A stretch of 64,000 nt of DNA from a virus (lineage: Duplodnaviria > Caudoviricetes), in IMG/VR virus record IMGVR_UViG_3300030118_002002, positions 4,313-68,312 of that record; one strand, 5' to 3'. Below are positions 56,583-64,000 of the stretch, piece after piece (the stretch's first letter is position 1; every line of letters begins with the position of its first letter). The notes under the pieces were generated by a model. That model was not told the DNA's origin and did no database searches. It was given only the letters and a program-made list of their open reading frames with translations. The position numbers were made by a program, and so were the translations under genes.

Positions 56583-57178
56583 TTGAAACCCTTTACTTTG
56601 GACCTACTTACGACCTTCAGAATATAGAAGGTGACACCGTTACTTCCTATCAAGTAGCACAACTTTTGGCAGATAGGAATAGCGTTGCCATCTTTCAAGG
56701 ACGGTCAGAAGCAGGACCCAGAGCATTAGGTAATAGATCTATCTTGTATGATCCAAGAGACCCTGACGGTAAAGACAAGATTAATTTGATCAAAAGAAGA
56801 GAGTCCTTTAGACCATTCGCTGGCAGTGTGCTACTACCTCATGCACACAAATGGTTTGATATGGCAGGACTCGTTGAGTCTCCTTTCATGATGTATGCTG
56901 TAGATGCTTTACCACATACACATGATAAAATCCCTGCTGTATTACATGTAGATAAGACTTGTAGGGTACAAACTGTTGACATGAAAGACAATCTAAATTA
57001 CTATCAATTGATTGATGCTTTCTATCAGATTACTGATGTGCCTATGCTATTCAACACATCATTCAACATGGCAGGAGAACCTCTAGTGGAGACACCTGAG
57101 GATGCAATCAGAACCTTTGAGGATAGTGCAATAGATTATCTTTACTTTCCTGAGGTGCATAAGCTCAGGCAAAAATGA
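56579..57178 (+). CDS. carbamoyltransferase C-terminal (YrdC-like) domain, stand-alone
   Basis: FQGRSEAGPRALGNRSIL, K.RE.FRPFA, SPFM, HVD.TCRVQTV, NTSFN..GEP.VET. Confidence 0.92.
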   Translation: MIETLYFGPTYDLQNIEGDTVTSYQVAQLLADRNSVAIFQGRSEAGPRALGNRSILYDPRDPDGKDKINLIKRRESFRPFAGSVLLPHAHKWFDMAGLVESPFMMYAVDALPHTHDKIPAVLHVDKTCRVQTVDMKDNLNYYQLIDAFYQITDVPMLFNTSFNMAGEPLVETPEDAIRTFEDSAIDYLYFPEVHKLRQK

Positions 57179-57984
57179 CTTTTAGTTTCCCAGAAACTGG
57201 AAAAAAAACTCCGGCAAAAAAATGGGTTGTAGGGTTCAACCTATCAAACAATGGGTCGGTATGTTTATTGGAGTATGGTAAACCAAAATTATATCTGGAG
57301 TCAGAAAGAGTAACAAGGAACAAGTGGGATCATAAGGTCAGTTCCTTGTTACCATATCTACCAGAAGGAATTGAACACGTAGCCTTGACTGACTCATTCT
57401 GGACTCAAGGTGATAAGAGATTAGATAATATAAAAGACATATCAAATATAAAAAAGAAATATCCTAACGCTAGATTGTATGACTATAGATCTATGCATCA
57501 TCTAACTCATGCTGCATGTGCTTTTTATAACTCTGGGTTTACTGAAGCATCTTGTGTGGTTGTAGACTCTAATGGTTCTAAGACAAGCGAAGGACTAGAG
57601 ATAGAATCTATTTTCGTAGCACCCACATTCGTAGAGACACACAAGAGATACTTCTCACCTGAGTTCGTAGGTATTGGTAGATTATTTGAAGAGACTGCTA
57701 AGACATATGAATGGGACTACAGAGATGCAGGGAAGGTCATGGGTCTGAGTGCATACAATCATGACCCTGCTTCTACCATACAAAAAAGATGGGAGAGAAG
57801 ATACAGAGAACTAATAGAAATGACAACAGGAGATGTATGTTTGTCAGGTGGTTGCTTCTTGAACTGTGTTGCTAACTATAAGATACAAAAGATGTACCCT
57901 CATATAAATTTCTATGTCGAACCTGTTGCTCATGATGGTGGCACTGCAATGGGTGCAGCATATCTAGCGTATTATGAGACCTAA
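57175..57984 (+). CDS. carbamoyltransferase N-terminal (Kae1-like) domain, copy 2
   Basis: ESERVTR.K, HHLTHA, VVDSNG, AGKVMGLSAY, GGCFLNCVAN, DGGTAMG. Confidence 0.85.
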   Translation: MTFSFPETGKKTPAKKWVVGFNLSNNGSVCLLEYGKPKLYLESERVTRNKWDHKVSSLLPYLPEGIEHVALTDSFWTQGDKRLDNIKDISNIKKKYPNARLYDYRSMHHLTHAACAFYNSGFTEASCVVVDSNGSKTSEGLEIESIFVAPTFVETHKRYFSPEFVGIGRLFEETAKTYEWDYRDAGKVMGLSAYNHDPASTIQKRWERRYRELIEMTTGDVCLSGGCFLNCVANYKIQKMYPHINFYVEPVAHDGGTAMGAAYLAYYET

Positions 57985-58771
57985 ACTAGACATATTAGAC
58001 ATCAGTTCTACCATAGGATGTAACTTACAATGTAAAGGATGTAATCATTTTAGTAATTATTTTGCACCTACCAGTAAATTAGATACAGATTTGTTACTAA
58101 AAGATATAGAGGTCATATTACCAAGAGTAAATATAGGTAGAGTATCCATCATAGGTGGTGAACCTCTACTCAATCCTAGATGCGAGGAAATTGTCAATGC
58201 ATGCAGATCATATACTGATTCTCCTGTCTATCTTTACACCAATGCTTTACTTCTCCTACAAAATGAGAGCTGGATTAGAAAAGCGTTAGAAGATCCAAGA
58301 GTATATCTTAGAGTCAGTGTGCACTTACCGCACATTGTAGATATTATAAGAGAATTCAATCACCCTAAGGTATTGGTCACCGAACACCATACTGGACAGG
58401 ATAGGTGGTTCAATAGTATAAAGAAGAGAGATGGTAAAGTATATCCTTACAATCAAAATAACCCTGCAAAAAGTTTCAAAGTTTGTTCATGTTCTAACTC
58501 TCAATTATACAATGGTAAACTATGGAAGTGTCCTAACACTGCCTTCCTAAAGGAACTTTTGTCAGTTACAGAGCAGGAGAATGCAGATGAGTGGCAGGAA
58601 TATATTGTAGATGGTCTACCAGTAGATTGTTCTGATGATGAGTTGACAAAGTTCTGTGCAAAGAGTACACTACCTGAAAGAGTATGCAATATGTGTACTT
58701 GTAAACCTCTTCATTTCAGTGCTGCTATTCAAGAGCAGACTAAACGAAAGGTAATTAATACCTATAAATAA
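57974..58771 (+). CDS. radical SAM protein
   Basis: CNLQCKGC, IIGGEPLL, TN, CSCSNSQLYNGKLWKCP, C..C. Confidence 0.88.
   Translation: MRPKLDILDISSTIGCNLQCKGCNHFSNYFAPTSKLDTDLLLKDIEVILPRVNIGRVSIIGGEPLLNPRCEEIVNACRSYTDSPVYLYTNALLLLQNESWIRKALEDPRVYLRVSVHLPHIVDIIREFNHPKVLVTEHHTGQDRWFNSIKKRDGKVYPYNQNNPAKSFKVCSCSNSQLYNGKLWKCPNTAFLKELLSVTEQENADEWQEYIVDGLPVDCSDDELTKFCAKSTLPERVCNMCTCKPLHFSAAIQEQTKRKVINTYK
58763..58770 (+). promoter_or_regulatory. late promoter
   Basis: Exact TATAAATA upstream of ATG 58789. Confidence 0.65.
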
Positions 58772-58788
58772 ATCACTTACAAAAACAC

Positions 58789-59040
58789 ATGCCAACATAC
58801 CCAATAAAGAATTTGAAGACGGGAGAAACCAAAGAGTTATCCATGTCTATGAAAGAGTATGATCAGTGGAGAAAGGATAACCCTGATTGGGATAAAGATT
58901 GGTCACAGGGTGCAGCAGGTACCGTTAGTGGCACAGGAGATGCTTACAGTAGAACAGATGGTGGATGGAACGAGGTGCTATCAAAGGTAGCACAAGTACC
59001 AGGATCAAAAGTAAAACCACAAAAGACAGTACACTTCTAA
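58789..59040 (+). CDS. conserved hypothetical protein upstream of phoH (FmdB-like MPTY start)
   Basis: MPTY...TGE, W..DNPDW, GWNEVL. Confidence 0.75.
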   Translation: MPTYPIKNLKTGETKELSMSMKEYDQWRKDNPDWDKDWSQGAAGTVSGTGDAYSRTDGGWNEVLSKVAQVPGSKVKPQKTVHF

Positions 59041-59792
59041 TGCCACGCAAAAAGAAAATGTCAGTCAGTGTAGGTGCTGGCATGACAGCAAAGCAATTAC
59101 GTAGGAAGAAACCATATAACTCTGACATGATGGTTCCTATAGAACCTATCACACCTAATCAGACTACTGCATTTGCACAATATAATGAAGGTAAGAACCT
59201 ATTTCTTTACGGTGCAGCAGGAACAGGAAAGACATTTATCACCCTATACATGGCACTGAAACAGGTGCTAGATCCTTTGACACCATACCAGAAGGTGGTC
59301 TTGGTGAGATCATTGGTGTCAACTAGAGAGATAGGTTTTTTACCTGGCGATCATGAAGACAAGTCAGCATTATATCAGATACCATATAAGAATATGGTCA
59401 AGTATATGTTTGAGTTGGCAACGGATAATGATTTTGAGATGTTGTGGGGTAACCTCAAAGCACAGGAGAGCGTAACCTTTTGGTCTACATCTTTTATTAG
59501 AGGAACAACACTTGATAACTCCATAGTTATTGTGGATGAGTCACAAAACTTGAATTTTCATGAGTTAGATAGTATAATAACAAGAGTAGGTGAAGACACT
59601 AAGATTATGTTCTGCGGTGACGTAGCACAAACCGATCTCATTAGAACCAATGAGAAGAATGGTATCTTAGACTTTCAAAAGATCATCACTATGATGCCTG
59701 AGTTTGCTTTGGTTGAGTTTGGTGTTGATGATATAGTAAGGTCTGGATTAGTCAAGAGTTATATCACCAGTAAACACACCTTAGGTTTGTAA
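59040..59792 (+). CDS. phoH: PhoH family ATPase
   Basis: GAAGTGKT, IGFLPG, RG.TLD, DESQN, GD..QTD, DIVRSGLV. Confidence 0.96.
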   Translation: MPRKKKMSVSVGAGMTAKQLRRKKPYNSDMMVPIEPITPNQTTAFAQYNEGKNLFLYGAAGTGKTFITLYMALKQVLDPLTPYQKVVLVRSLVSTREIGFLPGDHEDKSALYQIPYKNMVKYMFELATDNDFEMLWGNLKAQESVTFWSTSFIRGTTLDNSIVIVDESQNLNFHELDSIITRVGEDTKIMFCGDVAQTDLIRTNEKNGILDFQKIITMMPEFALVEFGVDDIVRSGLVKSYITSKHTLGL

Positions 59793-60466
59793 TGTTCACT
59801 CATGTTGAATGCGAACTGCCTAAACTAAAGAGGCAGAATATAGATGGTGCTAGGTATTACACTGTCAATGGTAGACCCATGGTCTCAATCACTTCAGTTA
59901 CCTCACACTGGAATAAACAAATCTTTGTTGACTGGAGGAAGAGGATAGGTGAAGCAGAAGCAAATAGAATTACTAAACGTGCAACCTCCAGAGGTACTGC
60001 TACACATGAGTTGATAGAGAATCATCTACTCAACAAGGAGGTAGAGTTTGATAAACCTAGTCCTAAGATGTTGTTCCTTCAAGCGAAGGAGACCCTAAAA
60101 AATATAAATAATATATACGCTCTTGAGAAAAGTCTTTTTAGTGAAGAGTTAGGTGTTGCCGGTACAGTCGACTGCATCGCAGAATATAATGGAGAGTTAT
60201 CAATAATTGATTTCAAGACAGCAGAGAAACCCAAACCTAGGGATTGGATAGAGAACTATTTTGTACAGGCAGCAGCGTATGCTTGTATGTTCTTTGAACG
60301 TACAGGAATACCTGTCAAGAAACTTGTTATTATTATGACATGTGAGAACGGAGAGGTGACAGTGTACGAGGAGTATGATAAAATAAAGTATATGAAAAAA
60401 TTAGTCCTTTACATTCAAAAATTTGTCGAAGAAAAAATCAATGAGTGCCAAAACAAAGATGCGTGA
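59792..60466 (+). CDS. RecB/Cas4-like PD-(D/E)XK exonuclease
   Basis: SITSV, RGT..H, AGTVDC, IIDFKT, Q...Y. Confidence 0.9.
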   Translation: MFTHVECELPKLKRQNIDGARYYTVNGRPMVSITSVTSHWNKQIFVDWRKRIGEAEANRITKRATSRGTATHELIENHLLNKEVEFDKPSPKMLFLQAKETLKNINNIYALEKSLFSEELGVAGTVDCIAEYNGELSIIDFKTAEKPKPRDWIENYFVQAAAYACMFFERTGIPVKKLVIIMTCENGEVTVYEEYDKIKYMKKLVLYIQKFVEEKINECQNKDA

Positions 60467-60707
60467 GATCCTGAAGAACAGATTGCTCTGTCAGGACAAG
60501 TTTACTAATGACATTGAGAATCTTGTTAGTAACAACAACGAGATGAACTACATCGAGGCAATCTGTCACTACTGTGATGTGAATAACATCGAGGTAGAAT
60601 CTGTTTCTAAACTCATTACCAAACCTTTGAAAGAAAAACTCAAAGGCAATGCTACTGACCTAAATTATCTAAAGAGAACATCTAAGGCAAAATTCTTTAG
60701 CATCTAA
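60441..60707 (+). CDS. g33: late transcription coactivator (T4 gp33-like)
   Basis: F..DIE, YIEAI..YC..N.IE.E, LI..PLKEK, LNYL. Confidence 0.88.
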   Translation: MSAKTKMREILKNRLLCQDKFTNDIENLVSNNNEMNYIEAICHYCDVNNIEVESVSKLITKPLKEKLKGNATDLNYLKRTSKAKFFSI

Positions 60708-61783
60708 TGAAGATCAAGGAGTGGACATTTGGAAAGATCCACAACCAATTACCTGAGGAAAGACTCAGAGAGGTAGCGGTTAGTGTCGACTACGTGAGAG
60801 AACAACGTGGTTTTTGGATAAGTAATTTCAGACAGTGCACTCCAGAAGAGATAGTAGAACTAGAGAAGGAAAGACCTACCACTAGGTTACTAAGCATACA
60901 TGTTATCAATGGGTGCAACCTAGCATGTAGAGCATGTAATCATAACAGTAGTCTGTTAGGTGTGAACAGTAGGGTAGATATTGATGCACTGAAGGAAGAT
61001 ATAAAGAACATACTACCAAAGATACATGTGTGGAGTCACATCAGTATCATAGGTGGTGAACCATTATTAGAACCAAGGACTAAAGAAGTTGTTACAGTCA
61101 CAAGAGAGGTGGCAGAAGCAACAGGACAGAAATGTAATATAAAACTATTCAGCAATGGATCTAAACTAATACAGGAACAAGAATGGATTGCTGATGAGAT
61201 GTTGAAAGGTGTAGTGTTTAGACTTACCTTCCACAAACCATGGTACACACCACAGGGATCTATCAATTGGGAAAACGCAGCAAAATTTGTGAGGTATCTC
61301 AAGTCCAGAGGTGTAGACACAGAGAATCTACTAGAGTTTAGTGAAGCATTTAGATTACTTGATGGTAAACCAAGACAATGGTTTGATATTGTCAAGTATG
61401 AATTTAATGATGATGGTATAAAATACTATCCTTTTGAGGAGGGTGATCCAGTAGAGAGTTTCAAGCACTGCTCCTGCCCTAACAGTCAGTTGTATAATGG
61501 TCATCTATGGAAGTGTCCTATGATATCATATCTCAGGGAATCTTTAGCAGCAACAGGTCAGATAGATGATCCAGCGTGGAAGAAGTATCTTGATTACAAA
61601 CCTACCAGTATCAATGCATCAGTAGATGATATCAAAGAGTCCTTTGATGAAGTGTTGAAACCTCATGACATTTGTACGATGTGTCCACGTAATCCAGTTT
61701 GGTTTACTGCAACGAAGCAATTAGATGCTACAATGAAGAAAAACGTACCGATGTATGCTGAAGAAACCTATGACACCGTTTGA
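60707..61783 (+). CDS. radical SAM protein (paralog of 57974..58771)
   Basis: CNLACRAC, IIGGEPLL, CSCPNSQLYNGHLWKCP, CTMC. Confidence 0.88.
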   Translation: MKIKEWTFGKIHNQLPEERLREVAVSVDYVREQRGFWISNFRQCTPEEIVELEKERPTTRLLSIHVINGCNLACRACNHNSSLLGVNSRVDIDALKEDIKNILPKIHVWSHISIIGGEPLLEPRTKEVVTVTREVAEATGQKCNIKLFSNGSKLIQEQEWIADEMLKGVVFRLTFHKPWYTPQGSINWENAAKFVRYLKSRGVDTENLLEFSEAFRLLDGKPRQWFDIVKYEFNDDGIKYYPFEEGDPVESFKHCSCPNSQLYNGHLWKCPMISYLRESLAATGQIDDPAWKKYLDYKPTSINASVDDIKESFDEVLKPHDICTMCPRNPVWFTATKQLDATMKKNVPMYAEETYDTV

Positions 61784-62354
61784 TACTTACAAAGAGTATC
61801 TTGCATTCAAGAACCACTTTACGAGAGAGAAATATGATTACCATAAGTATGGTGGTAGATCGAAAGCAAAGATAGAATCATTCTACAAGAGGAAGGATCG
61901 ATATTTCTTTGAGAAAACATCAAGGAAGTATAAGGACAATGAGATACATAATTTTTTCCTTGCTAACTTTGTAGCAACAGATAATCCTGAGGGTGTGTGG
62001 ATAGGAAATATAATAAGATCAGGAGAGGTAGTATATAAAGATTGGATGAGGAGATCAGAGAGTTTGTTCTATGATTTCAAGTCTCAGACTAATACATTAC
62101 TTGAGACATATAAGATTGACGATTTGTTTGATACCTCGGAGGGTCATCCACCATTACTAAAAGAACATCTTGCTGGTAGATTTAGTGTAGAGAACATGTG
62201 TATCTACGAAAGACTATTCAAATTCTGTGATAAGTTTGATAAGAAGTTAGATGACCCTGTGTGGAGAGCAGTTGGTATGAAGATCAGAAAGTATTTGCCA
62301 TTCATGAAGATAGATCGCACAAAATATAGAAGTTGGCTATTGACATGTGAATGA
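61770..62354 (+). CDS. g59: helicase loader (T4 gp59-like)
   Basis: Y..YLA.KNHF...YDY.KY, F.KRKD.YFFEK, F.ANF, WIG. Confidence 0.88.
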   Translation: MTPFDTYKEYLAFKNHFTREKYDYHKYGGRSKAKIESFYKRKDRYFFEKTSRKYKDNEIHNFFLANFVATDNPEGVWIGNIIRSGEVVYKDWMRRSESLFYDFKSQTNTLLETYKIDDLFDTSEGHPPLLKEHLAGRFSVENMCIYERLFKFCDKFDKKLDDPVWRAVGMKIRKYLPFMKIDRTKYRSWLLTCE

Positions 62355-62389
62355 AAACTATATAAAATATTAGAAGAAATAAATCAAAG

Positions 62390-62719
62390 ATGGCAGATTT
62401 TTTTGAGTCGGAGACAGTAAAGGAAGAGATGAAAAACATCTATGATCTACAGAAAGATCTCTACTCAGTTATACTAAAGTTTCCATACATGAGTCCTGAT
62501 GCAAAGTGGCAACACATTGAAACATTGAAGGAACTATTAGAGAAGCAACAGATAATGTGGACAAGGATGTGTTTGTCTGAGGATCCAGAGGCAATCAAGA
62601 TGAAGAATAAATTAAAAGATCAAACTCATATGTTAGGGTTTGGAACTACAGATATGACCACCATATTTAAGAACATGAAAGACACATTAGATAAGATGCA
62701 ATCTCAATTAAAAAGATAA
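62390..62719 (+). CDS. DUF1825-like cyanophage protein
   Basis: FFESE.V..E, LLEKQ.I...R..LS.DPEA. Confidence 0.75.
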   Translation: MADFFESETVKEEMKNIYDLQKDLYSVILKFPYMSPDAKWQHIETLKELLEKQQIMWTRMCLSEDPEAIKMKNKLKDQTHMLGFGTTDMTTIFKNMKDTLDKMQSQLKR

Positions 62720-63429
62720 TGGCATACCTTGTCCATCCCCTTCCTCTACAGCAGGTATTTGTCAAGAAGGAATTTTTATATGACCATCAGAAAGGTCATG
62801 GTGAATTGACACCAGGTATATGGGTATCTGTTAGAAGTATACAATCGAAAGCATTATACTTTGAGACATTACTTACTGATTATGGTGCACTGTTTGACAA
62901 GTTACCTATCAGTGCATTTGTATGGAAGGAGGACTTTGATAAAGAAGATCAACTACCTCTTGATGTGTTACAATTGTGGGATTGTTTTGATTATAATATA
63001 ACAGTCATACAAAAACCAATGCTAGGTAGGTGTCAATTCTTTGGTAAAGATAGGAAGATGCATGCTGGTGAGTATGAATTTACTATAGATACAGCACATC
63101 CAGACAGGTCAGTGCTTGATGTAAATTTTTCTGAGCATGATCCCGAACATAAAACATTTAATATTATAGCACTTGACAATGGACAGTTTGCTGCACAACC
63201 TAACAACAGAACCATATTCTTTGATAATAGTTTGGTCAATAATGATAACTTGAAGACACCCGATTTTAAAGTATGTACACAGAATTATGCAGTTGAAACC
63301 GAACCTAAGTGGTGGTCTGTAGGACATACAGATGAATGGGCATATAAAACTAAATGTGAAGAGGAGATGTCAGATATTGATGATGCTTACGCACACCATT
63401 TCAAGGAACCAGAATTCCATGACGACTAA
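62719..63429 (+). CDS. conserved hypothetical protein
   Basis: VKKEFLYD, GAL.DKLPISAF, LQLWDCF, EHK, NGQFAAQPNNR. Confidence 0.8.
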   Translation: MAYLVHPLPLQQVFVKKEFLYDHQKGHGELTPGIWVSVRSIQSKALYFETLLTDYGALFDKLPISAFVWKEDFDKEDQLPLDVLQLWDCFDYNITVIQKPMLGRCQFFGKDRKMHAGEYEFTIDTAHPDRSVLDVNFSEHDPEHKTFNIIALDNGQFAAQPNNRTIFFDNSLVNNDNLKTPDFKVCTQNYAVETEPKWWSVGHTDEWAYKTKCEEEMSDIDDAYAHHFKEPEFHDD

Positions 63430-63658
63430 ACCTTACGATGACTCCAACTGGAGAGAAGAATACAAGAGTTACACAAGTAACAAACGTTATCTTGAACTAC
63501 TTGAGAATGGCCCTAAAAGTCTGTCTCAGGCATGGATTCTAGGAGCATTGTATAGTGATTGGAAAAAGAAAAAAGGATATAATAAATTGGATCCTAAAGA
63601 GAACACAGGACAAAACCAATCTTCACTGAAAGAATGGTTTGAAAGTCAGAATAAATGA
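63419..63658 (+). CDS. hypothetical protein
   Basis: YDDSNWREEY...LLENGPKSLSQ.W; start placed at ATG 63419. Confidence 0.7.
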   Translation: MTTKPYDDSNWREEYKSYTSNKRYLELLENGPKSLSQAWILGALYSDWKKKKGYNKLDPKENTGQNQSSLKEWFESQNK

Positions 63659-63659
63659 C

Positions 63660-63688
63660 TTGACGACACCTAAATAGTATACTATACT
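63660..63688 (+). promoter_or_regulatory. promoter(s) for g32
   Basis: TTGACG-N17-TATACT with a late-like CTAAATA in the spacer. Confidence 0.6.
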
Positions 63689-63755
63689 AAACTTGCGTAT
63701 GCAAGGTGTTAATCCACCAATCCATTCAATACGACGAATACTACGAGTCAAACTT

Positions 63756-64000
63756 ATGACATTTGCAAATCTAAAAAAACAATCTCGCTTGGGAAATCTT
63801 ACTTCTAAGTTGACCAAAGAGATAGAGAAAATGAATACGACTGGTTCATCAAATGCTGATGACCGTCTATGGAAATTAGAAGTAGACAAAGCAGGAAACG
63901 GTTATGCTGTAATCAGATTCCTCCCTGCACCTGACGGAGAAGAACTACCATGGGCAAAGGTATGGTCACATGCTTTCCAAGGACCTGGTGGTTGGTACAT
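63756..64000 (+). CDS. g32: single-stranded DNA-binding protein (T4 gp32-like), 5' part
   Basis: MTFANLKK...DDRLWKLEVDKAGNGYAVIRFLPAP...WSHAFQGPGGWY; runs off the window end. Confidence 0.95.
   Translation, partial: MTFANLKKQSRLGNLTSKLTKEIEKMNTTGSSNADDRLWKLEVDKAGNGYAVIRFLPAPDGEELPWAKVWSHAFQGPGGWY

Noticed and set aside
1-64000. CRISPR array or tRNA genes
   Set aside because: No regularly spaced direct repeats and no cloverleaf with T-loop/anticodon arms seen in the few intergenic gaps; the Cas4-like nuclease at 59792 is the usual T4-like exonuclease with no cas context

Overview
An AT-rich, densely coded 64 kb segment of a T4-like marine cyanomyovirus. The D1 sequence is Prochlorococcus-like, so a Prochlorococcus host is likely (inference). 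T4 core replication and nucleotide genes (hsp20 end, g43, uvsX, g41, mazG, g61, nrdA/nrdB, nrdC, thyX, phoH, exonuclease, g33, g59, start of g32) alternate with accessory islands. These are: (i) a cassette of glycosyltransferase, DUF2061, a signal-peptide-less TRAP DctP-like protein and two paralogous asparagine-synthetase-like ATP pyrophosphatases; (ii) a late-expressed block of Lys-rich modular proteins that look like prohead-protease-processed internal head polyproteins; (iii) three reverse-strand genes for exported proteins; (iv) talC, several 2OG-Fe(II) oxygenases and a ~17 kb sugar-nucleotide/glycosyltransferase island ending in three DUF616 genes; (v) psbA with a structured leader, followed by an independently promoted structured ncRNA; (vi) tandem glutamine-riboswitch-like aptamers, the second enclosing a whole ORF, upstream of a DUF4278 peptide; (vii) a carbamoyltransferase split into three genes, three radical SAM genes and a PsbN-like fusion. 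No tRNA, CRISPR array, intron or intein was seen. All family assignments come from motif recognition by eye, not from database searches.
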